Positions 34,023-43,008 are shown, counted from the stretch's first letter. The stretch: DNA of 64,000 nt from Treponema sp. UBA4377 (GCA_002391235.1 DGRX01000013.1:68742-132741), one strand, 5' to 3'. Notes: generated from the sequence alone by a model not told the origin. Numbers and translations are program-made.

Positions 34023-34613
34023 ATGGGCGTTGACATTTTATATTATGTGGACCATGACTTGCCGACGGATTGCGCGCAAAGTTTTTTGGCTGAATTTAAC
34101 AAGCGCGCCGGAGCTGACGGCAAATGGCGAATTATTGGCGGTTGGGCTGACGGTTCGTTAGAAAAGCAATTTCCAAATCCGGGCGGAGACATACATATTT
34201 ATAAGACTTGCGGCGATTCAGAGATTGAGTTGGAATTTGAAAAAAACACATTGCTGATTCGAAAATTGCCCGGCTGGACGGATAAAGTGGATTTTTGCAG
34301 ATGGCATACAATGAACGATTTCTTTGCTCAGAATGTCGATTATGCCAAGGAATGGAAAGAAAATCTTGTTTCGTTAATCAAAGAAAATCTTGCGCAAGTG
34401 TTCCATCCAACAAAAGTGATTCTTTTAAAGGACAGTTCCAGCTACGAGCATGAAACGTTGGGCGGCGAAAACCTTGAGGAGGAGGGCGGCACGATAGAAG
34501 AAGCCCTCGCGCTCAATTCAACCTTTGAAGAGCCGTGCGCCGTTTTGAAAAACGACGAGGCCTTTGGCCACTCGAAGGATTTACGCCAGCCGATATACGT
34601 TTTTGATTTGTGA
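34023..34613 (+). CDS. hypothetical protein
   Basis: Start chosen at MGVDILYY (the track ORF starts inside site s3); no recognisable motif. Confidence 0.5.
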   Translation: MGVDILYYVDHDLPTDCAQSFLAEFNKRAGADGKWRIIGGWADGSLEKQFPNPGGDIHIYKTCGDSEIELEFEKNTLLIRKLPGWTDKVDFCRWHTMNDFFAQNVDYAKEWKENLVSLIKENLAQVFHPTKVILLKDSSSYEHETLGGENLEEEGGTIEEALALNSTFEEPCAVLKNDEAFGHSKDLRQPIYVFDL

Positions 34614-34644
34614 AAGATGTCCTTGCCGCCAAGGCCGCAGCTCT

Positions 34645-35595
34645 TCATTCTTCTTTTTCAAAGAACGCCTTGTAAAAGCGCGTGGCGAGCGGTTGGCCAA
34701 AGGCGTCGGCAAGTTTTTGCGTCGCGCTTTCTTGGATCCAATTTAGCTCGCCGCCGACTTGCGACTTTATGTCGTTTATTTTCTTCATCGTCTTTTTGTA
34801 GAAGCTGTTGAATTCCACCAGCGTCATCGGCTGGATGCCAAGGTTATTTGTGTCGATGATTCCAAAAACTTGATGCCGCTTTGAGTCTGTCGCTACCACG
34901 ATATTTTCGCGGCCAGTCTTCATGTCTTTGTCCGTGAGCGCGACAAAATCGCCAAGGCAATATTCTGTGTGGCCAACCACTTGCGTTTGGTAATGCGCGT
35001 CGCGCAACAGCGCCTCTGGCCGGATCCACAGCGGGCCTTGCGTGACTTCGTTTCCGCTTCCGCTAAAATATCCGTGCCAGTCCAAGAGTTCCTCAAACTC
35101 GTAGTTGAACGCAGCGTCTCCCTTTTGGAGCGAAAGCGAGCGCCAGGTCTTGTTCAAAAAGTCAATCGACCATTTGCTTGCGTTCATGTTAAAAAGTTTT
35201 AGAATTGTCGCGACCCAAGTTTTGGAAAAGCCGCCGTGCGAGAACGCCACGCCGTCCGCCTCAAAAGCCAAGTCCAATATGTCGCGCGCGGAAAGCAAAA
35301 GACTTTTTATTATGCCCGCCCTTTCGTTTTGGTGGCCGGAACAGCCAGCGCCGTAAACCGTCGCGCTTAGGTAGCTCCAGTCGTGGTTTCCCAAAAGCGC
35401 CTTTCTGCGCTCGGGGTCCTGGCGGACAAAGGCGCAAATCGCCTCAAAGTTTTCGCCTTGCTCTGGCCACTTGTTTTCCCACGCGTCAAAGTAGTCGCCC
35501 ATAAAGACAATGCGGTCGTAGGAATCTTGCGGAAAACTTTTTGCCGCCTCCCACTCGCGCGAGCCGTGAACGTCTGGAACAACTAAAACTTTCAT
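34645..35595 (-). CDS. PPP-type metallophosphoesterase (Ser/Thr phosphatase or ApaH-like) with a C-terminal extension
   Basis: Motifs PDVHG, GDYFD, GNHD, SHGG, GHTE; start at MKVLVVPDVHG directly after a TATAAT box (near-leaderless). Confidence 0.75.
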   Translation of the reverse strand: MKVLVVPDVHGSREWEAAKSFPQDSYDRIVFMGDYFDAWENKWPEQGENFEAICAFVRQDPERRKALLGNHDWSYLSATVYGAGCSGHQNERAGIIKSLLLSARDILDLAFEADGVAFSHGGFSKTWVATILKLFNMNASKWSIDFLNKTWRSLSLQKGDAAFNYEFEELLDWHGYFSGSGNEVTQGPLWIRPEALLRDAHYQTQVVGHTEYCLGDFVALTDKDMKTGRENIVVATDSKRHQVFGIIDTNNLGIQPMTLVEFNSFYKKTMKKINDIKSQVGGELNWIQESATQKLADAFGQPLATRFYKAFFEKEE

Positions 35596-35627
35596 GCGGC
35601 CATTATAGCACAAAGAGCAAGATCGCG

Positions 35628-35647
35628 CATTAAAGCGCAACTTTAAT
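35628..35647. promoter_or_regulatory. palindromic site s4 (CATTAAAG-cgcaa-CTTTAAT)
   Basis: Immediately upstream (minus strand) of the promoter of 34645..35595. Confidence 0.6.
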
Positions 35648-35678
35648 GACAATTCTGATGAACGAGAATATAATTCAA

Positions 35679-36008
35679 TTATGATTTTAGACGAGCTATG
35701 ACTGCGGACACGGCTTTTATGTCATCGTCGCTAAGCGAGTTCAAATCTTTAATAAGCCTTAAGACCGGCTTTTTAGTCTCTCTAGGAACGGAGGATTCAG
35801 AGTTTGAAACTAAGTATTCAACCGAGACGTTAAGCGCGTTTGCCAACTTTACTGCTTCTGTGGCTCTAGGAACTGTGCCTGCTTTTCTCATGCTAGACAC
35901 GGTGGTTTCAGAAATGCCCATTTTGCTGGCAAGCCATCGGTATGTCGTGTTTTGCTCTCTTCGTAATGCTTCGACATTTTTCCAAAAAACCATACTTTGA
36001 TTATACAA
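35679..36008 (-). CDS. XRE-family HTH transcriptional regulator
   Basis: NTTYRWLASKMGISETTVSSMRKAGTVPRATEAVKLANALNVSVEYLV. Confidence 0.75.
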   Translation of the reverse strand: MYNQSMVFWKNVEALRREQNTTYRWLASKMGISETTVSSMRKAGTVPRATEAVKLANALNVSVEYLVSNSESSVPRETKKPVLRLIKDLNSLSDDDIKAVSAVIARLKS

Positions 36009-36124
36009 AGGTGAAATGCTTATTTCCGTAGTTTTTCTATTGAATAATGCGGTTTTAAGTAGTATATTTGGTAATAACTACGAAAACCCGTAGTTCTTAT
36101 AAATTCAATTTAGGAGAAGAAAAA

Positions 36125-36973
36125 ATGAAAAGAATTTTTTCTGTTAGACTTGCGGTTTTTGCCACAATATCATCGTTGCTTTTAGCGTCTTGCTCTTCAA
36201 CAAAGTCTATTGGGGTTAACACAAAAAAGACAGAGACCAATATAGTTGACTGGTCGAATAGGAATCTTGACGTCGTGGCCAAGCCAGAGTGGCTAAAAAA
36301 ATTGGTGGTAGGAAATTCCGATTTATTTAAAAAAGAATTTGGGGTTGAAAAGGACGCTATAGTAAAATTTGGAATCGCCGGAGCTAAGACACGTGACGCT
36401 TCGATTGCCGCTAGCCGGGTTAATTACAATGCCATGAGGGCGGAAGAGATAAAGAAAAAGGTTGTTTCGGAGGCTGCTGCAACGCTTAACAATGAAGGTT
36501 ATACAGAGGCGATAGCCAATGCGGCGTTTGTTGCTAAACTTGACTTGAGCGGGCACCAACTAGTTACACAGTTTTGGCAGAAGATTGAAAGCTATGATAA
36601 AAAGAGCGACGAAATTACAACAGAATTTATATGCTATTCTGTTTATAAAATTTCAAGAGAAGATTGGACAAAGACATTAAAGGGCTATTTATCTCAAGTA
36701 ATTCCCGCTCTACCTGATTCGCAAGCCCAGGTGAAAATGGCCCAGACAATCAAGTCTTTGTATGAAGACACTGCAAAAGAAAAAGAGATGAGCCAGCAGG
36801 CGGCTTTGGCTCAGTTCAGGGCTCAGGAAGAAGAAGCTCGCGTAAAGCAAGCCGAGGCTGCCGCGCAAGTTGCCAAGAACAATTCTGTGGCGGCTGTGGA
36901 GCAGGCGAAACGAGCGTCAAACAATGTTGATTGGGCGAGCACTCTATCGAAGGCTGCTGAAAACTTGTATTAA
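36125..36973 (+). CDS. lipoprotein (LPP20-like?)
   Basis: MKRIFSVRLAVFATISSLLLASCSS lipobox; Ala/Gln-rich coiled C-terminus. Confidence 0.6.
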   Translation: MKRIFSVRLAVFATISSLLLASCSSTKSIGVNTKKTETNIVDWSNRNLDVVAKPEWLKKLVVGNSDLFKKEFGVEKDAIVKFGIAGAKTRDASIAASRVNYNAMRAEEIKKKVVSEAAATLNNEGYTEAIANAAFVAKLDLSGHQLVTQFWQKIESYDKKSDEITTEFICYSVYKISREDWTKTLKGYLSQVIPALPDSQAQVKMAQTIKSLYEDTAKEKEMSQQAALAQFRAQEEEARVKQAEAAAQVAKNNSVAAVEQAKRASNNVDWASTLSKAAENLY

Positions 36974-36979
36974 AATAAT

Positions 36980-38008
36980 ATGGACATGAAAGATTTTAAT
37001 AAATCGCTTGCGTGCGTTTTAATTTTCATGTGCGCGTCTGGACTTTGTTTTGGAAAAAGCAAAAAAAAGGATTCCAAGGCAAAGTCCGACGCCCCGCTTT
37101 GGCTTACTGACGCGGGCCGATATTCTGTTTTTCCTGACAGCAGTTTTGTTTCTTCGTTTGCAAACGGGAGCTCCGCCGATGAAGCCAAAGAAAAGGCGTT
37201 GGCCGAAATTTCGCATGGAATTAAGACAAGCGTTTTGGCTGAAACAAAGCGACGGTATTCTATGGCGCAAGAAGGTTATTCAGCCTCGGAAAGGCTTTCT
37301 ATAGACGAAAAACAAAAGATTCAGTCTAAGAATGATCTTTACATGGCTGAATGGACAACGCCTTATTATGATTCGGCAATGGGGATGTACGCTTGTGTCG
37401 CTTACATAAACAGAAGAAAGGCTTTTGAGTATGTTCGGCCTACGCTGGACAAAGCAAAAGAGCTGTTTCCTGACGCGTATCAAAAAGCACTTTTACAAGA
37501 TGATGACTTTAAGAAAATAGTCTGCATTAAGCGGAGCCAAGACTTGTTAAAAGATTTCTATTCCGTTTATGATTTCGCGCGCTTTATACAGCCAAGCGCG
37601 GCGGAAGACTATCATGACATTGATTTGCTTTGCGGAAAGAGTTTCGCCAAGTTGAGCGAATTGAAGTCAAAGGTTGTAGTCAGTGTTCTCGTCAAAAAAG
37701 ATGCAAATGTCGAAGCAAAAGAATGCCTTAAAAAAGTTCTGAATGACGCGGGTTTTTCTGTTTCGGATTTTGATTCCAGCTATGTCGCTTTGTTGGAAAC
37801 ATCCTTTGAGATTGCAAAGAAAGAAAAGGTTTATTTATCTTATCCGGCTATTTCTGTTGAAGTGCGAAGGGTTGCTGACGGCCAGATTGTCGGTTCATAT
37901 TCCAATAAGTTGGAAAAATGCGCCGGCTTTGACTTGAATGGGGCAAAGCAAAAGGCCGAATTCGAAATAAAAAGGGATTTGGAAGAAAATTTTATAAGCA
38001 AACTGTAA
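36980..38008 (+). CDS. secreted protein, function unknown
   Basis: Signal peptide LACVLIFMCASGLCFG; same operon as the flanking lipoprotein genes. Confidence 0.6.
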   Translation: MDMKDFNKSLACVLIFMCASGLCFGKSKKKDSKAKSDAPLWLTDAGRYSVFPDSSFVSSFANGSSADEAKEKALAEISHGIKTSVLAETKRRYSMAQEGYSASERLSIDEKQKIQSKNDLYMAEWTTPYYDSAMGMYACVAYINRRKAFEYVRPTLDKAKELFPDAYQKALLQDDDFKKIVCIKRSQDLLKDFYSVYDFARFIQPSAAEDYHDIDLLCGKSFAKLSELKSKVVVSVLVKKDANVEAKECLKKVLNDAGFSVSDFDSSYVALLETSFEIAKKEKVYLSYPAISVEVRRVADGQIVGSYSNKLEKCAGFDLNGAKQKAEFEIKRDLEENFISKL

Positions 38009-38017
38009 GAGGTTTTT

Positions 38018-39529
38018 ATGAAAAAGAAGTTTTTGTTTGTCGCTTTGTTGACAGTTATGAGCGCCGCTTTTTTTTGCCAGGTCACTGACTCAAAGAAGGG
38101 GTATTTTAAGTTGGCGTGGGGATCCACGGTTGAGGATGCAAAGAAAGCTGGGTATAAATTGACAAAGCATGAGTTGAGTTCTAAGGCGCGTGAAGACTTG
38201 CTCGAACCGGTTGATTTTTATTTAGTTACCCCCCGAGAGAGTGTAGTAAAAAACCTTTCCTTTTGGTATTACGACGGAAAGCTTTTTGATGTTTTCGAAA
38301 AGGTTCAACTGCAAAATGTTCAGTCCAAAATCGAAAGCCGCTATGGAAATTTTAAGAAAAATGGAATTTCTAAGCTTAGTAATGGCGTTATGACGGATGT
38401 TGTATTAGATAATAACGGTAAGATTCTTTCTAGCTCGATTTCCATTGCGCCAAATGGATCTCAACTTGATGTTGCAATGTTCGATTGGAGTGTCGCAAAA
38501 AAAGTTTTTAAAAACTTTAGAGATTCTGCGGCGGATGTTGGCGGCAACGACAGCGAAGGTCTTGTATCAGCTCTTGAAACGCTGGCAAAAAAGCTTGTGA
38601 ATACAGGCGACGACAAAGTTTCGACATACGCGATTCTGAAGTTTTCTTCCGATTTTAACAATGTTCAGTATGAGGAATATATTACGGACATTTTAACAGA
38701 AGCTATTTTCAATACCGGTTCTGTAAAAATTATAGAACGCGCTAACCTTGAAAAAATTCTAAAAGAGCAAAAGCTTCAAGCAAGTGGTTTGATAAATGAA
38801 AAGACTGCTAAGGCGGTTGGAATGGTGTCTGGCGCGGATTACGTTTGCTACGGCTCCATAAAAGACATTGGAGCAAAATTCACGATCATTGCCCGCGTTG
38901 TTGATGTTGAGACAGGCGAAATTTGCGCGATGAGCCGTGACACAATCGAAAAGGACGAATATTTGCTTGGTTCATCTGGCGGTTCCTCTCGTTCACCTGA
39001 GACTAAATCAAATCGCGTTTCCGGCAAACCTGACAAAACAGCATGGACGTTAAAAAAATACAGAAGCGAGTTTGATGGATGCACTATTTACACATTTATT
39101 TGTCCATGCGCGGATGGCGCTTTCTTGTTCTTTGGCTATGAAAAGCGAGACAATCCATTGGAGTCTAGAGTTAGGGCTTGCCATGGAAAAATATATTCCG
39201 ATGGTTATGTTGTAGATATAAAGCTTGAAAATGGCGCCTTTGTACATAAAGAGCTTGATTATAACGGTGGAAATTCTTTTCGCTGGTATTTAAAATCAGG
39301 AACGGTAAAGGGGGCTTTCGATGCAGAACGCGTAAATATTTATAAAGAAACAGTAGAAGATGCTAGGGACTTTTACAATTATTACAAAGAAAATGATTCT
39401 ATTATTTTAAGAGAAACCAAAAGGGATTCGATCCATAGTTTCAAAACAGCAGGTTTTATGGCTTTGCTTGAGCAAAACGGGATAACCGACAAAGAGATTA
39501 TGGACGCCTTGGCAAACGAAGAGTTCTAG
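38018..39529 (+). CDS. secreted protein with a CsgG/LpoB-like domain
   Basis: VKIIERANLEKILKEQKLQASGLINEKTAKAVGMVSGADYVCYGSI resembles the CsgG/LpoB/FlgO-type fold signature. Confidence 0.55.
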   Translation: MKKKFLFVALLTVMSAAFFCQVTDSKKGYFKLAWGSTVEDAKKAGYKLTKHELSSKAREDLLEPVDFYLVTPRESVVKNLSFWYYDGKLFDVFEKVQLQNVQSKIESRYGNFKKNGISKLSNGVMTDVVLDNNGKILSSSISIAPNGSQLDVAMFDWSVAKKVFKNFRDSAADVGGNDSEGLVSALETLAKKLVNTGDDKVSTYAILKFSSDFNNVQYEEYITDILTEAIFNTGSVKIIERANLEKILKEQKLQASGLINEKTAKAVGMVSGADYVCYGSIKDIGAKFTIIARVVDVETGEICAMSRDTIEKDEYLLGSSGGSSRSPETKSNRVSGKPDKTAWTLKKYRSEFDGCTIYTFICPCADGAFLFFGYEKRDNPLESRVRACHGKIYSDGYVVDIKLENGAFVHKELDYNGGNSFRWYLKSGTVKGAFDAERVNIYKETVEDARDFYNYYKENDSIILRETKRDSIHSFKTAGFMALLEQNGITDKEIMDALANEEF

Positions 39530-39633
39530 GTTTTTAAAAACTGGCTTTCCACGAAAATTGGAAAGCCAGTTTTTTTTTGCAATTGCCCCGACGGTAACTT
39601 GTCATAGAAGTAATTTTTTAATATCTTTATTAT

Positions 39634-40422
39634 ATGAGCGTAAAATTTCTTGTGCCGGAAATTAACAAAAAAAGGTGGGCCGCTGAGTTCAAGAAAAGAA
39701 TCCGTTCTCGCAAATTAAAGTCAAAGGACTTGTGCGACATTGGCGCGGAAACAAATTACGAGCAGAAAATTAATAAATATAAAAACGGCGCGATACCCTC
39801 AATAGACATCTTTTTGACTTTTTGCAGGTTTTTTAATCTTCCGCCGGATTCATTTTTGTTCGCAAAGCCTAAATGGGTGGAATGTGACATCGCCTTTGGG
39901 AACATAGGCATTTCATTAAATCGATGGCTGGGATGGTTGGGCGATGTTTTCTATATAATTCCATTTAATGAAAATAAAAACGAAGACAAAAAGAGTCGTG
40001 GCGGCGTTTCCACTTATAAAGTCACTCTCTTTGACAAAGAGCCAAGTCCCTCAAAATTTTCGACTTTTCATCTTTCTGGAACGGAATATGACTTAAAAGA
40101 GCGCGTTAAAGATGGAAAAGTTATTTATCGATTTCCTCATGTGAACAACGAAAGAACCTCTAAAAAAATTTTCTCGCTTTTGAAAAAATACAAGCTTTCA
40201 AACAAGCAAATACAAGCCTTGCTGGGCTTAAGCTGCCAGTCTCTGACAAACAGAAAAAGGGAAATCCAGTCTTGGACAACCCAAGACATTTACAAATTGT
40301 CCTGGGTTTTAAATAAGCCTTTTGAAAGTCTTCTTGTAATTGATTACAGGGAAGAAACCCGCGAAGCGCTTTTTGATCCAATTGTTTTCTTAAGGGAGTG
40401 CTTGCGCGATGCCTATCACTAA
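39634..40422 (+). CDS. double-HTH protein (paralog of 29397..30215)
   Basis: MSVKFLVPEINKKRWAAEFKK.. aligns by eye with MKAKFLVPEIDTKRWAEDFKE..; it has the same two HTH segments. Confidence 0.6.
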   Translation: MSVKFLVPEINKKRWAAEFKKRIRSRKLKSKDLCDIGAETNYEQKINKYKNGAIPSIDIFLTFCRFFNLPPDSFLFAKPKWVECDIAFGNIGISLNRWLGWLGDVFYIIPFNENKNEDKKSRGGVSTYKVTLFDKEPSPSKFSTFHLSGTEYDLKERVKDGKVIYRFPHVNNERTSKKIFSLLKKYKLSNKQIQALLGLSCQSLTNRKREIQSWTTQDIYKLSWVLNKPFESLLVIDYREETREALFDPIVFLRECLRDAYH

Positions 40423-40443
40423 AACTCGCCTTTGTTCTTGAGT

Positions 40444-40710
40444 TCATGCTTCTTCGTATTCAAAATCAACGGTTCCTTTGGCGACAAGATCGTCCATTTT
40501 TACGCCAAGGATGGACTCCAGAGCCAAAAGGTTGTCCAAAGAAGGCATGTTTTTTCCGGCGAACCAATTGTAAATAGTTTGAACGTAAGGAAAGCCAAGC
40601 CTGGCTTGAACTTGTCTTGGCGTAATTCCTTTTTGTTCCATAACCGTCTTGATCTTTCGTCCTGTTCCCTTCATGTCTGGAACGGCCTTTATATAAGATG
40701 ATTTAATCAT
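40444..40710 (-). CDS. XRE-family HTH transcriptional regulator (paralog of 29043..29339)
   Basis: GRKIKTVMEQKGITPRQVQARLGFPYVQTIYNWFAGKNMPSLDNLLALESILGVKMDDLV. Confidence 0.75.
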   Translation of the reverse strand: MIKSSYIKAVPDMKGTGRKIKTVMEQKGITPRQVQARLGFPYVQTIYNWFAGKNMPSLDNLLALESILGVKMDDLVAKGTVDFEYEEA

Positions 40711-40766
40711 GGAAAACTCCTGTTTAAGCTTATCGTTGCTTTTGCAATTGCATTCACTGTCTACAG

Positions 40767-40843
40767 ATTATAAAGCATCGCTTTAATTTGTCATTAAACT
40801 TAAAATTTAAAGTGTTTGTGTTAAAGAACGTCTTTAATGACAA
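40767..40843. promoter_or_regulatory. operator cluster between divergent XRE genes (three variants of the cassette palindrome plus two promoters)
   Basis: ATTATAAAG-catcg-CTTTAAT (40767..40787), CATTAAAC..TTTAAAG (40792..40812), GTTAAAG-aacgt-CTTTAAT (40820..40838). Leftward ATGACA-N16-TATAAT and rightward ATGACA-N17-TATCCT. Confidence 0.55.
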
Positions 40844-40896
40844 TTCACCGTTTCTGCGTTATCCTACGTTCAGATAGGAGACATGCGTGGTTTATG

Positions 40897-41127
40897 GAAA
40901 GACCTGTGATTGACATTCCCGCGACGTCAAAGAGACTCAAAGAAATTCGCGAAAAGCGCGGGCTAAAAATATCAGATGTTCAAAAGTTCTTCAAATTTGA
41001 ATATCCGCAGGCCGTTTACGATTGGGAGAACCCCGAGAAAAAGACTCTTCCCAGAATCGAAAACCTTGTCTTCTTGGCAAAGATTTACGGTGTTTCTATG
41101 GACGAGCTGATTGTTTATGAGCGGTGA
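40897..41127 (+). CDS. XRE-family HTH transcriptional regulator
   Basis: KRLKEIREKRGLKISDVQKFFKFEYPQAVYDWENPEKKTLPRIENLVFLAKIYGVSMDELI; start chosen at MERPV. Confidence 0.7.
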   Translation, partial: ERPVIDIPATSKRLKEIREKRGLKISDVQKFFKFEYPQAVYDWENPEKKTLPRIENLVFLAKIYGVSMDELIVYER

Positions 41128-41156
41128 GGAAGTGGAGGGTGGAATTAAATTCTTTT

Positions 41157-41651
41157 TCAAAGTTTCATCGCATATTCCACGCTTGTGTTTAATATGGCCG
41201 CGGCCTTGGAAAGCGACATAAGCTCTTTGTCCAAGGCTTCGCTTACAGCCGACTCTAGAACGCTTTCAAAGTTGTCCGCAGTGTACGATATTTTTCTGCC
41301 CAAGACTTCTTCAAGATGCTTAATTTTTCTTTCCCGTATCGCGGGAATGACGGCGCTTTTTTCCGTCACTCTTTCTCCAAGCTCAAAAAATGAGTCCACG
41401 TTTATTTTAAAGTATCTTGCAACGCTTATCAAAAGGATGTCCGTAAACATTTCTTTTCCGGCAAAACACGCCTTGAGCCGTTTCTTGTCGAAGTCTTTTG
41501 AGAATTCTTTTCCGGGAAAACATGCCTTGAGCCATTCTTTGTTGAAGTCGTTTGAGAATTCTTCGGCAAGGTCGTCCGGGGTTATGTCGCGCAGCAGGCA
41601 TTGTTCGTATAAGCGGTCTGAAAAAAGTTTTTTGATGTCAGGCAGTTCCAT
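41157..41651 (-). CDS. hypothetical protein with an internal 18-aa repeat, possible HTH
   Basis: Start at MELPDIKK. Tandem EEFSNDFNKEWLKACFPGK / EFSKDFDKKRLKACFAGK. The N-terminal extension in the track ORF is encoded by repeat sequence. Confidence 0.5.
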   Translation of the reverse strand: MELPDIKKLFSDRLYEQCLLRDITPDDLAEEFSNDFNKEWLKACFPGKEFSKDFDKKRLKACFAGKEMFTDILLISVARYFKINVDSFFELGERVTEKSAVIPAIRERKIKHLEEVLGRKISYTADNFESVLESAVSEALDKELMSLSKAAAILNTSVEYAMKL

Positions 41652-41687
41652 AGCGCCTTCCAATATAGCGCTAGTCCGCGTTCCGCG

Positions 41688-41707
41688 CATTAAAGCCGCG
41701 CTTTAAT
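41688..41707. promoter_or_regulatory. palindromic site s6 (CATTAAAG-ccgcg-CTTTAAT)
   Basis: Contains the TAA stop of 41703..42110 and feeds the leftward promoter of 41157..41651. Confidence 0.6.
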
Positions 41708-42110
41708 CTTGGCGTTGGCTTTCAAGCCATTTTTTCTTTTCGTCTTGCGCGGCACTAGTTAATTCGGCAAGGACTTTGTCGTATTCGCTTTTGTCAAAAT
41801 AAAATTTCTGCGGATCTCTTTCACACCTGTATTCGTCAACCGTCCATTCAACGACATTGTCAGAAACTGGCCTGCATTTGGCGATCAAAGAACTGCATTC
41901 CCAAACACCGCAACCGCAATGAGCCAACACGACCAAGTTTCTCTCTTGCGCCCTTTCGTCAAGAATATCCCAACAATTAGCGGGATTGTAGTCATCGGAC
42001 TCGATTTTCTTTCCGTCAATGAAAAAATAGAAGGCCAAGTAATTTCCGCATTGGTCGCCTTGTTTTAAGTTGACTCGTTCGGTGGCAAAGGACAGTTTGC
42101 TTATTTTCAT
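41703..42110 (-). CDS. hypothetical protein (Cys-rich)
   Basis: 135 aa with GGAG RBS; no recognisable motif. Confidence 0.55.
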   Translation of the reverse strand: MKISKLSFATERVNLKQGDQCGNYLAFYFFIDGKKIESDDYNPANCWDILDERAQERNLVVLAHCGCGVWECSSLIAKCRPVSDNVVEWTVDEYRCERDPQKFYFDKSEYDKVLAELTSAAQDEKKKWLESQRQD

Positions 42111-42128
42111 TTTTCGCTCCGCTTGTGC

Positions 42129-42185
42129 CGAGAACGATAAGCGCGGGTACGCTATATATGCGAGTTATGCGCGCCTTCCGTTCTC
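42129..42185 (-). promoter_or_regulatory. 5' leader hairpin with conserved loop (third copy)
   Basis: Stem CGAGAACG.TAAGCGCG/CGCGCCTT.CGTTCTCG, loop GGTACGCTATATATGCGAGTTAT. Confidence 0.5.
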
Positions 42186-42220
42186 GACAGGAATAATTAT
42201 AGCGCGCTTGCGTTTCTTGT

Positions 42221-42240
42221 CATTAAAGTATTACTTTATT
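42221..42240. promoter_or_regulatory. palindromic site s7 (CATTAAAG-tatta-CTTTATT)
   Basis: Leftward promoter for 41703..42110. Rightward TTGACA (42239..42244), N17, TACACT (42262..42267). Confidence 0.6.
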
Positions 42241-42271
42241 GACAACTTCTTCTTTATGGCTTACACTTAAA

Positions 42272-42340
42272 GAGCCTTGAATGGTCGACCGCGGGGGTAA
42301 TAAGAACCCTCTTTCGCTTGACCATTCAAGGCTTTTTTGT
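42272..42340 (+). ncRNA. HP small RNA unit, copy g
   Basis: GCCTTGAATGG...CCATTCAAGGC followed by TTTTTTG; the interior differs from other copies but still pairs. Confidence 0.5.
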
Positions 42341-42446
42341 TGTGTCAACTTACCTCGAACAGCATTATAATCGCGCTTTAATCAAATTACATTTTTTGTT
42401 GACAAAATTGTATTTACACTTTATAATTACTTTTAGGCGGTGAGAA

Positions 42447-42764
42447 ATGCCAAAAGGCAAATTGGTGGTAAAAGGCCGGTTTGAGTGGTTCAGCGAAAAA
42501 AGCGAGGCGAACAAAAAGCACGGATTCACTTTTGAAGAAATCCTTGACGCTTTTGACGACCCGTTTTTCTATGAAATCTACGACTCCGGACATTCAAAAG
42601 TGAACCAAGCCAGGTACAACGGCTTTGGGTATGCGAAAGGGCAGCTTCTTGTGGCGCAAATCGTCTACACGGAAGCGGAACGGACGCATATAATTTCGGC
42701 TCGTCCCGCAACGTCACGGGAAAGGAAACTGTATTATGAAAGAATTAAAGAAATTTATCGCTGA
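42447..42764 (+). CDS. brnT: BrnT-family toxin (DUF497)
   Basis: FEWFSEKSEANKKHGFTFEEILDAFDDPF...HIISARPATSRERKLY; TTGACA-N17-TATAAT upstream. Confidence 0.8.
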   Translation: MPKGKLVVKGRFEWFSEKSEANKKHGFTFEEILDAFDDPFFYEIYDSGHSKVNQARYNGFGYAKGQLLVAQIVYTEAERTHIISARPATSRERKLYYERIKEIYR

Positions 42765-43008
42765 GCGGGAGGCTCACGCCGTTCCCGACAAAAAGATTGA
42801 CACCTCGGACATTCCCGAATTGACGGCGGAAGACTTTGCCCGCGGACATTTCAAATACTGGAAGCCCGCGAAAAAGAGCATAACGATTCGGATTGACATC
42901 GACAATTTGGCTTGGCTGCAAAGCGTCGGAAAAAAAGACTACCAAACCCGCCTTAACGGAGCGTTGCGCTGGGCCAGAATGAACGATTGTCCTGTGGCTC
43001 AGCTTTAG
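42736..43008 (+). CDS. brnA: BrnA-family antitoxin
   Basis: Overlaps brnT; C-terminal SITIRIDIDNLAWLQSVGKKDYQTRLNGALRW ribbon-helix-helix-type pattern. Confidence 0.75.
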   Translation: MKELKKFIAEREAHAVPDKKIDTSDIPELTAEDFARGHFKYWKPAKKSITIRIDIDNLAWLQSVGKKDYQTRLNGALRWARMNDCPVAQL

